59,850 nt of DNA from an uncultured virus (IMG/VR IMGVR_UViG_3300036768_000388) (taxonomy: Duplodnaviria > Heunggongvirae > Uroviricota > Caudoviricetes), in the IMG/VR virus record IMGVR_UViG_3300036768_000388, positions 1 to 59,850 of that record. One strand, 5' to 3'. Positions 29,874 through 38,617 of the stretch are shown piece after piece. The notes below the pieces were generated by a model. It was not told the origin of the DNA. It was given only the letters and a program-made list of their open reading frames with translations, and did not search any database. Positions within the stretch are counted from its first letter, which is position 1, and every line of letters starts with the position of its first letter. Both the position numbers and the translations under genes were made by a program.

Positions 29874-30314
29874 GTGATGGTGTATAAATTATATGACTTA
29901 GACTTATCTAGCTTAAATGATGAGCAGTTAGAGGCATATTATAGTTTTGTAAACTAGTTTTAATGCACTCAGCTCAAGCTGAAAGTTTAACTCATATTTA
30001 CAAAGAATGGGTCCACACTGAGCAGCAAATAATTAACGACACAAAATGCCGACATATAGTCTGCATTTTTATAAAGAAATTGACGGTTTCATGATAATTA
30101 TATACACTATATGCAGAATGGAAAAAGATCTGAAACGAGATAGAAACATTTTGAAAGTAGGGTGGGACACACCCGAATATACACCTGTGGAGAGAGGAGT
30201 CACTAATGTTGTATAAATATATGCGCTCTTTCTGTACCGAAGACATGATCTCCCTGAATCAAGAGCATACTAAAAACACTCTAGTTCTTCTAGAGGCAAT
30301 AATGGAGAAGCACA

Positions 30315-30779
30315 ATGACAAATAAAAAGCAAGAAACTGAAGGTTTAGATTTTGAAGTAAATTTAGAAGAAGAGACTGTTGAAGTTAAAAACTTCAACAA
30401 ATATAATCGTACTATCACTAATGAAGATATCTTAAAGTACGAACCAATGATAGAAAAGTATATGAGAGATTCAGTTGTTAAAAACTGGAATGAAGCTTCC
30501 CTTAAAAAAGGTCAAGGCGATATCTCATTAGGTAACACAGGTATGTCAATTAACGACATTAGGCAACACCTAAGAGCTGAAGTTTGTGTTGCACTATATA
30601 ACTATAATCCAGATTATAAAACAAAAGAAGGTCGATCTGTTAAAGAATCTACTTTTGTGTTTCAACATTTATTTAACCGCGTCGGTCAAATGATGAAGCG
30701 ATTAACTAAGAAGCGATATGGATATGGTGTCTGGACTCAAAATATAGAAGAAACTCTATGGGAAACCGATAGGGACTAA
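30315..30779 (+). CDS. sigma-factor region 2-only protein (candidate phage sigma)
   Basis: ILKYEPMI..., DIRQ......ALYNYNP....KESTFVFQHLFN resembles sigma70-family regions 2.1-2.4; no region 4. Confidence 0.6.
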   Translation: MTNKKQETEGLDFEVNLEEETVEVKNFNKYNRTITNEDILKYEPMIEKYMRDSVVKNWNEASLKKGQGDISLGNTGMSINDIRQHLRAEVCVALYNYNPDYKTKEGRSVKESTFVFQHLFNRVGQMMKRLTKKRYGYGVWTQNIEETLWETDRD

Positions 30780-30780
30780 T

Positions 30781-31492
30781 ATGACATTAATACCAGTAGA
30801 TGGCAAAATACCTATACAGGTTCAGAAGACTTTTATAGAAAGCAATGCGAGACCTTTGCTGTCCATCTAATACTAGATGATAACAACATACTCCTACCTA
30901 TGAATATAGATGTGTTGAGCTTACCTACGGACCCAATAATGTCTAGAATACCCTCTATTAAATATTGGCCTCAAAATGGTCAACTTATAGCTGGATCATT
31001 TGTTGCTAGCATGGTTACCAGTGGACGATTACCTTACAACGATGTGGATATTCACTTTAGATCCATAGCAGCAGATGTAAATTATTTATTCATTGGAATG
31101 GTTTAAGGATGGTAGGAAGGAGTTAGTTTGGAGCACATATGCACATATGCACATATGCACATATACTGCACGGTCGATGGAACTAAGATAAACTTAATAT
31201 GGGGAATAAGATATGAAGGTCCGCATGATCTTCTGTCAGGATTTGACATGAGGTGTTGCTCACTAGCTTACTGTCCAATAGAAAGAAATTCTTCCGTATA
31301 GAAGGAGCTATCGATGATATTTTCACTAAAACACTAGTATTTAATCTATGCCCACGTGGAGCAACGATAAACAGATTAGTTAAATACATAGAGAAAGGCT
31401 GCAAATATCAAAGGCTGTTCTTCGCTTAACTCATTCGTAGCGAAAAGTACAATCCTGTCTTAGAAGCTACAACCGAATATAAAGGAGATTAA
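30781..31492 (+). pseudogene. disrupted nucleotidyltransferase-like gene
   Basis: IAGS...YNDVDIHF, then two stops, KINLI...FDMRCC, a frameshift, RLVKYIEKG. Confidence 0.65.
31133..31164 (+). repeat. 8-bp tandem repeat, 4 copies (GCACATAT)
   Basis: read directly from the sequence. Confidence 0.9.
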
Positions 31493-31493
31493 G

Positions 31494-32282
31494 GTGAATA
31501 TTTATGAAACTGCTTCTGAAGCATATCTTGGAACACTAAAAGATGTCTACTTCAACCCTGACGTCAAAAGCTCGCCACGAGGCCAAGCTGTACGGGAAAA
31601 ACTCGACTACAGCTTCCGCGTGCTGCACCCTACTAATGATCCTATCGTCACTAAAGATAGTAAGCGCAACGAAGTAATTGCAAGCTACACCAGGAAGGAG
31701 GTGGAGCTGTATGATTCCTGCACGAATCTTGCAGAGGATTTTGGACGAGCATCAAAGTTTTGGCTATCTCTAGCTAACCCTGACGGTACTGTCAACTCGG
31801 CATACGGACACCTAATCTGGGCTAAGCGGAGCCACGGATCTGACTTTGAAACCGAAACATTCGTCACAGCTCCGGCAACAAAGCCTGGCGAAGGTAGCGT
31901 TTACGCAACGCGCGGCGTCAGACGTACCCCATGGGAATGGTGCGTAGAGTCTCTAAAAAGAGATAAAGACACTAGACAGGCAGTTCTTCGTTTTTCACTA
32001 CCAGAACATTTTTGGATGGGTAATAAAGACCAGACCTGCACTCTTAATGGTAACTTTTTAATTCGCAACGATCAACTACACTTTTCTATAGTTATGCGCT
32101 CAAATGACCTAACTCTTGGCCTAGTATATGACATGCCATGGTTCATGGGACTTATGGATAGGATGATAGTTGAGTTAAAGCCATCATATCCTAGTCTTAC
32201 CAAAGGTCACTATACGCACTTTGTACATAGTTTGCATATTTATGAAAGAGATGAAGAAAAAGTTCTAAAAATGTTGGGATAG
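31494..32282 (+). CDS. ThyA-fold enzyme, T4 gp42-like dCMP hydroxymethylase type
   Basis: NSAYG..IW, DTRQA, DQTCT (catalytic Cys), MRSND..LG..YD (Asp at the specificity site), SLHIYE. Confidence 0.75.
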   Translation: MNIYETASEAYLGTLKDVYFNPDVKSSPRGQAVREKLDYSFRVLHPTNDPIVTKDSKRNEVIASYTRKEVELYDSCTNLAEDFGRASKFWLSLANPDGTVNSAYGHLIWAKRSHGSDFETETFVTAPATKPGEGSVYATRGVRRTPWEWCVESLKRDKDTRQAVLRFSLPEHFWMGNKDQTCTLNGNFLIRNDQLHFSIVMRSNDLTLGLVYDMPWFMGLMDRMIVELKPSYPSLTKGHYTHFVHSLHIYERDEEKVLKMLG

Positions 32283-32284
32283 TT

Positions 32285-32458
32285 ATGTCTAAGATTGTTA
32301 ATAAAAGTTTAACAGATGGTAATTTAGTCAACGATATAGAAAATTCTACTTTTTCCACTACTAGTGGAAGTATTGCGCCAAACACTAACTTGCAAGATTT
32401 ATTTAAAACTCTCTCTCGATTAGAGAACTATCTAAAGAAGAAACAGAAGAGATGTTAA
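32285..32458 (+). CDS. small hypothetical protein (57 aa, not in the ORF track)
   Basis: MSKIVNKSLTDG...KKKQKRC fills the gap between two genes. Confidence 0.5.
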   Translation: MSKIVNKSLTDGNLVNDIENSTFSTTSGSIAPNTNLQDLFKTLSRLENYLKKKQKRC

Positions 32459-33181
32459 ATGACACTAACGAGTAGTGAAAAACAATTAATATTAGATAAT
32501 GAGATTAGGTTAGATTCTATTCTAGGTCTCTTAGAGTCTGTTAGAAACTTTAATCTAGATGATGTATTGATTGCCTACTCTAACCCTTCTTTCTTTGAAA
32601 CTGAACCAAGAATTGTAACTAACACTTACGGTGTTCCAAAGAAGTATAAGGTTACTCACATTGATAAATACGGTGTTCCTTATATTAAGGAGCTAAATAA
32701 GAAGGGTAAGCCTACTAGACACTTGATCGCAACTATCTCTTTTTTAAAAGATAGATATGGCACTTTAAGTGTAAGCCAAAACTATAAATATGAGATAGAT
32801 CCAGATTATGCAGATGCAATCATATTAGGTGATGTTGATGGTTTTAATGCTTCAAAAAAACATAAAATCAAGTCCGATCTATTTAAAGAGATAACTAATC
32901 ATAACAAATCATCAATAATTAAGTTTCCTTCAATAGAAGAGGCTGTTGTCTTTATATCCACTCTTAAACCTGGCGATGTACTTTGGACAACTTATAAAAA
33001 TTACTTAACAGTACTCAATGTTATTCCGAAACTAGATCCATACACGTTAAAATCCGATTTTGAAGTTGAATTTCAAAGGGGTAGCGGGAAGATAGTTAAG
33101 ATGAGTGCTTGGGACATATCAATCAAAACTTTTTACCGAAACGCTCCAAGAACTTATAAAGAGTTAAAAGATCTGAAATAA
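32459..33181 (+). CDS. hypothetical protein, paralog of 34671-35483
   Basis: shared PK.Y.....DK.GV..., DP.Y.D...LGD, NKS, K.GD.L blocks. Confidence 0.75.
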   Translation: MTLTSSEKQLILDNEIRLDSILGLLESVRNFNLDDVLIAYSNPSFFETEPRIVTNTYGVPKKYKVTHIDKYGVPYIKELNKKGKPTRHLIATISFLKDRYGTLSVSQNYKYEIDPDYADAIILGDVDGFNASKKHKIKSDLFKEITNHNKSSIIKFPSIEEAVVFISTLKPGDVLWTTYKNYLTVLNVIPKLDPYTLKSDFEVEFQRGSGKIVKMSAWDISIKTFYRNAPRTYKELKDLK

Positions 33182-33202
33182 TATACAAATAAGAGGTACA
33201 AA

Positions 33203-33667
33203 ATGTCACAAAATCTTAATCTTCCAGTAAAAAAAGGCGATGATTTTATTGGCGAATTAGAGATAATGGATCTATCAGAGTTGAGGGATAAACAATTCTT
33301 AGTTGCTGTAAATCAAGGCGACCGTAGTGGAGTTAAATTTCTTTGCTCTACTATTCGCGGACCATACTCTTTTGAAGAGATGTGTGAGGCAATCGGTGTT
33401 ATGTGGAAAATCCATCAACACCATGGTAAAGCAATCATCTTACAAAAAGATGCAGCCGCAGCACCTAAATATCTAGATGAAAATACAATCGATTATATCG
33501 AAGCAAACTTCGAAGACATTATTACAGAGTCAATGCTTAATGGTGTTTTTGATGATGATAAAGAGTATACTTGTCGCGCTGGTGTAGTTGAGGGTGACAA
33601 TTCAGATAACCCTCTAGCAGAGAAGAAAGAAGAAATCTCCGGTAACATCGAAGAGGATATATTGTAA
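33203..33667 (+). CDS. hypothetical protein
   Basis: GAGG RBS. Confidence 0.75.
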   Translation: MSQNLNLPVKKGDDFIGELEIMDLSELRDKQFLVAVNQGDRSGVKFLCSTIRGPYSFEEMCEAIGVMWKIHQHHGKAIILQKDAAAAPKYLDENTIDYIEANFEDIITESMLNGVFDDDKEYTCRAGVVEGDNSDNPLAEKKEEISGNIEEDIL

Positions 33668-34203
33668 TGTTATTAAACAAGGTCCCAGTTCTTGACAAAG
33701 GGTATGTAGCTCTTGTTGATTGTAGTAATACAACTCGCAAGCTTCGTGACATTGGCCAAGAGTTTTTCGACAATGGCGAGTACCCAACCTCCCTAGAAGA
33801 ACTTGGGACCTTAACTTTAGTTATTAAGTGTCCACTATTTGTTCAATTAAATATATCTAAATTTAATCTTAAGATAATCAATGTACCAGATAAAGAACAA
33901 CACGCATATTCACCATCAGTTGGCGAAATCGGTTCTCCCGACAGAACTACTAACGAAGAGATTGCTGCTGATATTTCTCGCACAACTTCTGCCCTACTCA
34001 TCAATCCAAAAGCATACCAAGCTGATGGATGTGATAGATTCGTTTCGCAAATAATAACACCTATAAATGTATACACAACTATAATAGTTCATGGTTCGTA
34101 TAACGAATGGTGTAAATTTGCTTGTCAACAAGGATTTACACCTGGGCCAATTAAGGCCTATCATCAAGCAATTGAACAAATAATAACTTCGGAGTGGATG
34201 TAA
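33667..34203 (+). CDS. degenerate ThyX-fold protein
   Basis: VPVLDKGYVALVD, IKCPLFV, YTTIIV.GS resemble ThyX; RHR/SxRY motif absent. Confidence 0.55.
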   Translation: MLLNKVPVLDKGYVALVDCSNTTRKLRDIGQEFFDNGEYPTSLEELGTLTLVIKCPLFVQLNISKFNLKIINVPDKEQHAYSPSVGEIGSPDRTTNEEIAADISRTTSALLINPKAYQADGCDRFVSQIITPINVYTTIIVHGSYNEWCKFACQQGFTPGPIKAYHQAIEQIITSEWM

Positions 34204-34445
34204 TGGCAAGACTAAAGGCAAAGAAAAAGCACGTATTTCAAGACCCTACTGTTGAAGAAATAGTAGAGATGGAGATAGAGGTTAAAGATCCTGTCACTGG
34301 AAAGATGATTAAGCAGAAAGTTAAAGTTAAAAAACTTAAAGCAATCAAGAGAGAGGAAAAAGTATTTGTTGGTGCTACATCTATTATAGATGAGATTGAG
34401 AAGAATGAATCTTTAGATGATATTGAAGTGGATACAGAGGAGTAA
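34203..34445 (+). CDS. hypothetical protein
   Basis: TAATG coupling to the upstream gene. Confidence 0.65.
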   Translation: MARLKAKKKHVFQDPTVEEIVEMEIEVKDPVTGKMIKQKVKVKKLKAIKREEKVFVGATSIIDEIEKNESLDDIEVDTEE

Positions 34446-34670
34446 TGGTTACGTATTAGTAGGGCTTCTTATAGGTATTCTAATCTTTATCGTGTTTAAA
34501 ATTAGCCCTAACCCAAAAGAAGAACATTCAAATCAAATCGTAGTGAAGAAGAAACAATACCCTCCTCATCAGTGGTTTTGGCAAGAAGTAGTAGATCAAA
34601 ATGGAGTAAAGCACGGGGCGCGAACGCATTGTTTGTAAAGTCTGTGATCCAATTAAGTCCGGAGATTTAG

Positions 34671-35483
34671 ATGAATGATAAGTTCAAACTAACTCAAGAG
34701 CAAATACTTGAGATTCAGCAATTAAGGGAAAATAACCCAGTATGTAGATACCTAGATATGATGGAAAATTGTAAGTTCTCCATCGGTGATATTTTAGTTA
34801 AATATTCAGGTCGTAAAGACTGGAATAATTCTGGCAAGATTCGGTGGGAGTTGGAGATGTTAAGCCCTAATTCTACTATGCCTAAGAGATACGTCTATGT
34901 TTATGAAGATAAACACGGTGTTGGTTTTGTAAAAAGATTGAATATTAAAACTGGAGAACTATGTAAAGAAACAATATGTTTAGCTGATGTAGTTGGTACT
35001 CATAGCAACCTAACAAAATTCCAAGTTGATCCTGAATACATGGACTCAGTATTGTTAGGCGATGGATCTTTTGATATTAAGAAACTACACAAACAATCTC
35101 TAGAGAAAAAACAAAGAGTTAAAGAGCTAAATAAGAGCGCAGCTTTTGTTAGTTCAAAGCTTTCAGAGGTAAATAATTTTCTATCGCAAATTAAAGCCGG
35201 AGACACACTCTACTATTCTAGAAATAAAGATTACAGCGGAAACTGTTTTAGAGAGTTAAAAGTAGATAAGATGGCTAAATCATGCATTGCAAGGCTTGAC
35301 CAGTACACTAAACAACATTATACCGATGTAGTAAACTCAGGTAAATTCATTATAGATGATAATAAAGTATACAGATTTATTGAAACAAATATTTGGGTAG
35401 ATGATTCTGTATCTTCTCTTGATTTCTTAGATACCGCAATATGGTTAAATAAACCCATCGAATTAAAGGATAATGTAGTTTAA
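34671..35483 (+). CDS. hypothetical protein, paralog of 32459-33181
   Basis: same blocks as its paralog; GGAG RBS. Confidence 0.75.
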   Translation: MNDKFKLTQEQILEIQQLRENNPVCRYLDMMENCKFSIGDILVKYSGRKDWNNSGKIRWELEMLSPNSTMPKRYVYVYEDKHGVGFVKRLNIKTGELCKETICLADVVGTHSNLTKFQVDPEYMDSVLLGDGSFDIKKLHKQSLEKKQRVKELNKSAAFVSSKLSEVNNFLSQIKAGDTLYYSRNKDYSGNCFRELKVDKMAKSCIARLDQYTKQHYTDVVNSGKFIIDDNKVYRFIETNIWVDDSVSSLDFLDTAIWLNKPIELKDNVV

Positions 35484-35929
35484 TGAGGCCGTCGAAGATT
35501 CAAAATTATATGGATATTGCAGAAATCATTGCAGAGCGTTCACATGACGCTGAGACAAAGGTTGGTGCGCTACTCATTAATAATGAGTCTGGGGCTATTA
35601 TAGCAACTGGCTATAATGGATTCGTTCGCGGAGCAGACGATTCTAAATTACCAAACACTAGACCAGAAAAATATGAGTACATACTACATGCGGAGCAAAA
35701 TCTAATTGCTAATTGTGCTAGACATGGTATCTCTATGGATAATTGCTCTTTAATATGTACACTAAGTCCATGTAAACTATGCATGAGGATGTTATTGAAT
35801 TCTGGTATCACTAAAGTTGTGAGCAAAAACCTATATAAAGATTTCAATGATATCTTAAAGATGGGCGACATCAATGTTGAAGTAAAGCAAGAATCAGATG
35901 GGTTTTGGCACTTAACGTATAAGGTTTAA
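35483..35929 (+). CDS. dCMP deaminase
   Basis: KVGA, GYNG, HAEQN, SPCKLC. Confidence 0.93.
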   Translation: MRPSKIQNYMDIAEIIAERSHDAETKVGALLINNESGAIIATGYNGFVRGADDSKLPNTRPEKYEYILHAEQNLIANCARHGISMDNCSLICTLSPCKLCMRMLLNSGITKVVSKNLYKDFNDILKMGDINVEVKQESDGFWHLTYKV

Positions 35930-35930
35930 T

Positions 35931-36350
35931 ATGAGTAAGATAGAGACGATTGTTTTTATAGGCTCAAATCCAAGCGAAAGATCTTACAGATTAGAGCCAT
36001 TTTGGCACAACACTAAGAGTATGACAATGCTAACAAACTGGATAAACTCTATTCCAACTGCCGCATATCAAATGACATTTTTAAATGTCAGTAATCAAAC
36101 TACACCAGGTAATAGACCTTTAAAAATATCAGAGATAAAGTCCAACTTACCTAGACTTAAACTTGATTTAGAGTTGTGTAAACCAGTAAAAATAATAGCG
36201 TTAGGTAAAACTGCAGCAAAAGCATTGACACTGCTTGGCCATAACTTCTATGAGATGCCACACCCAAGTGGTTTAAATAGACAGCTAAATAATAAAGAAT
36301 TCATTGAAGAAAAAATAAAAGGGCTAGCTAGTTACCTAGCCAGCCCTTAA
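35931..36350 (+). CDS. uracil-DNA glycosylase superfamily protein
   Basis: FIGSNPS, IIALGK.A, PHPSG.N. Confidence 0.8.
   Translation: MSKIETIVFIGSNPSERSYRLEPFWHNTKSMTMLTNWINSIPTAAYQMTFLNVSNQTTPGNRPLKISEIKSNLPRLKLDLELCKPVKIIALGKTAAKALTLLGHNFYEMPHPSGLNRQLNNKEFIEEKIKGLASYLASP
36310..36348 (-). terminator. terminator at the convergence of the + and - modules
   Basis: minus strand AAGGGCTGGCTAG-GTAA-CTAGCTAGCCCTT followed by a T tract. Confidence 0.75.
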
Positions 36351-36367
36351 CTAATTTTTATTAAATA

Positions 36368-36655
36368 TTAGTTTGCAGCTTGTGCTTGAGCAATAATCTC
36401 ATTACCAGCAGCTTTATTAGAAAGCTCTGCAATGATTCTACGCTTTGCATCCAATGTAAGAGCTTGAGCTCCAGCAGTTTCAACAGCAGCGATTAAGCTT
36501 TGTGCAGCTTTCTTATTAGCAAGAGCAACTTCAATAGCTCTCTTAAGTTTAGCACTTAAAGGTGCGGCAGTAACTAATTTAGCTTCTAACTCGTCAGCTA
36601 ATGCTTTTCTAGTTAAAGCGTTAAGTAAACGTCTCTTAGTTTTTGCAGTTAACAT
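36368..36655 (-). CDS. small Ala/Lys-rich protein with three ~30-aa repeats
   Basis: LTAKTKRRL / LSAKLKRAI / LTLDAKRRI units; GGAG RBS. Confidence 0.75.
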   Translation of the reverse strand: MLTAKTKRRLLNALTRKALADELEAKLVTAAPLSAKLKRAIEVALANKKAAQSLIAAVETAGAQALTLDAKRRIIAELSNKAAGNEIIAQAQAAN

Positions 36656-36688
36656 AAAAACTCCTTGTACAGCTATAATATCACAAAG

Positions 36689-37084
36689 TTACTTCAAACC
36701 TTTGATACCAGCTATGATACCAACTATTGTAGCAACAATACCTAACCACTTACCGATCTGAAATAACTTATCTTTTCTGTAATGGTCAACAGCTTCTTTC
36801 TTAATTTTTTCTTGTTCAAGCGGAGATAGACGGTCATCTATTGTCTTAACTACTTTTTCTAGTAGTTCTGTTCTGTGCATGTGTTCTCTTAGAGATTCAG
36901 TATTTTCTTGAAGAATATTGTTCATGCGCTTGAGCTCTTCGTACATTCCTTCATCTTGCTTTTGATGGTCATCGAAAGCTGCTTTCTGCAAAGCAACTTC
37001 TTTATCGATTTTATGAACTGTACTTGCTACATCATCAAGCTTCTCTTGGATATAACTTATCTTCTGCTCTAAGTCCTTAGCCAT
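36689..37084 (-). CDS. coiled-coil protein with C-terminal TM (holin/XhlA-like)
   Basis: long coiled coil followed by WLGIVATIVGIIAGI. Confidence 0.6.
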   Translation of the reverse strand: MAKDLEQKISYIQEKLDDVASTVHKIDKEVALQKAAFDDHQKQDEGMYEELKRMNNILQENTESLREHMHRTELLEKVVKTIDDRLSPLEQEKIKKEAVDHYRKDKLFQIGKWLGIVATIVGIIAGIKGLK

Positions 37085-37189
37085 GCCTTTAGCCCCACTG
37101 AATTAAACATCTCTCTCTAAAATTATACTATAGTTGGTACTTAGTTAGTAATAAGTTGGTATAAATTCTGAAACCATATGTGACCAAAC

Positions 37190-37520
37190 CTCTAAAACCA
37201 AAGTTTGGCAGAATCACCATAACTGTCTTTAAGTTAAATAATCTAGATCTAACTATATGTGGTTATATGAACACACGATGGCCTTAATTTCTGAATTAGA
37301 ATATAGAAAACAGACAAAATATTCAATGATTAATAATGCACAGATCATTCTAGATGGCGCCAAATTAATACCCCTGGTCCCTTTGACGCCTTTTGCAAAT
37401 TGCATGCCCTATAAATCAATATATTATTCTATAGGAGTGTATCGGTTATGCGTGGTCTATAAGTGGGAGCACAACGATAGGTTACCAAAAATGGATTAAT
37501 AGATCTGCGCCTAACTAGTA
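37190..37520 (+). pseudogene. pyrimidine-dimer DNA glycosylase-like (DenV-related) pseudogene
   Basis: NH...L*VK*SRSNYMWLYEH..AL..E..YR, TPFANCMP, YR, then a frameshifted KW..R..P. Confidence 0.7.
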
Positions 37521-37612
37521 CTCTCCCGAGTATATTGACAAGGCCCGTACCACTGAACATGAATTCCCGTGGACGGGTGTCTTCGTCAGTCTAGGACAAA
37601 AGGAGGAGTTGG
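37511..37612. ncRNA. candidate rod-like RNA with a central bubble
   Basis: nested stems CTAACT/AGTTGG, TCTCC/GGAGG, TGAC/GTCA, AAGGC/GTCTT, CCCGT-CCAC/GTGGACGGG. Confidence 0.4.
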
Positions 37613-37647
37613 ATGGCTAACGAGTAGAATCTAAGTATAAATATATA

Positions 37648-37842
37648 ATGAAGAACTTAATCGAACAAAGAATACAAGAACTCTCTAATGAGATTCAATC
37701 TCTAGCCCAAGAACGGGAAGCTATGAAAGCTAGAGATGAAGAGATTGAGGTTAGGATGCATCAGTTGGTTGGTGCGATATTCGAACTGCAGAATCTTATT
37801 AATCTGGAGAATCAACCTTCTGAGCCGATTGATCAAGCTTAG
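37648..37842 (+). CDS. small coiled-coil protein
   Basis: heptad pattern; TAGAAT upstream. Confidence 0.65.
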   Translation: MKNLIEQRIQELSNEIQSLAQEREAMKARDEEIEVRMHQLVGAIFELQNLINLENQPSEPIDQA

Positions 37843-38194
37843 TTTTAGCTTTATCTAAAACGTCTTCAGCTAGTTTAGTTTCACCCTTCTGCATATATCT
37901 ACCTAAGTATCCACCTAATGCAGCTAAAAGAAATTGAAATGAATAGTCAGCAGCCATCTTAATTTGAGCTAATGTAGCATCAGTTAAAACAAAAGCACCA
38001 GCAAGTTTAGCAATACCGGAAGCCAACATGAAGACTATACAGAGACCAAATAAGCCAGCAGAAAATACGACCAAAGCTGCAGTAATAGAACCTTGTCCAG
38101 TCTTAGGGTCTCTAACCGTTGGAACAGGTATTCCGCGCTTATTCATGTCATTAACAAAACTAATCCACTTGCTTTTTAAGTCATTAAATGCCAT
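37799..38194 (-). CDS. holin-like membrane protein
   Basis: 2-3 TM segments and a charged C-terminus; TGGTACAAT promoter, start ATG 38194. Confidence 0.55.
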   Translation of the reverse strand: MAFNDLKSKWISFVNDMNKRGIPVPTVRDPKTGQGSITAALVVFSAGLFGLCIVFMLASGIAKLAGAFVLTDATLAQIKMAADYSFQFLLAALGGYLGRYMQKGETKLAEDVLDKAKTKLDQSAQKVDSPD

Positions 38195-38238
38195 AAGTCT
38201 AATCCTATAGATATATTGTACCATGAAGGAGTGAGGGT

Positions 38239-38617
38239 ATGGAGTTGGCAACTGTAATTGATCTTAAGTTTAAAGAAATTATTAAGAAACTAATGGAACA
38301 ACCTCTACCCATTTAAAGCGTCTTATAAACTAGCAGGTATTGTTAAGAAGGTAGATGAAGAGAATGCTAGATTTGAAGAAGCTAGACAAGCTTCACTCAA
38401 ATCTTTTGTAACTAAAGATGATGCCGGCAATCTTGAAGTAGATGCGAACAATAACGTAAAGTTTACTCAAGAAAACTTAATTGAGTTTTCAAAGCAATTA
38501 GTCGAACTAGGTCAAGAAGAGATCGAATTTCAATCTATCAAGATTTCTGATTTAGGTGATAAAGTTGAGTTAACACCATCAGAAATGTTAGTTATTGCTG
38601 ATCTTTTTGTGGGATAA
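38239..38617 (+). pseudogene. DUF1617-like phage protein with a +1 frame break at 38311-38316
   Basis: MELATV...PLPI then TAA; the +1 frame continues KASYKLAGIVKKVDEE...ELTPSEM. Confidence 0.7.
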
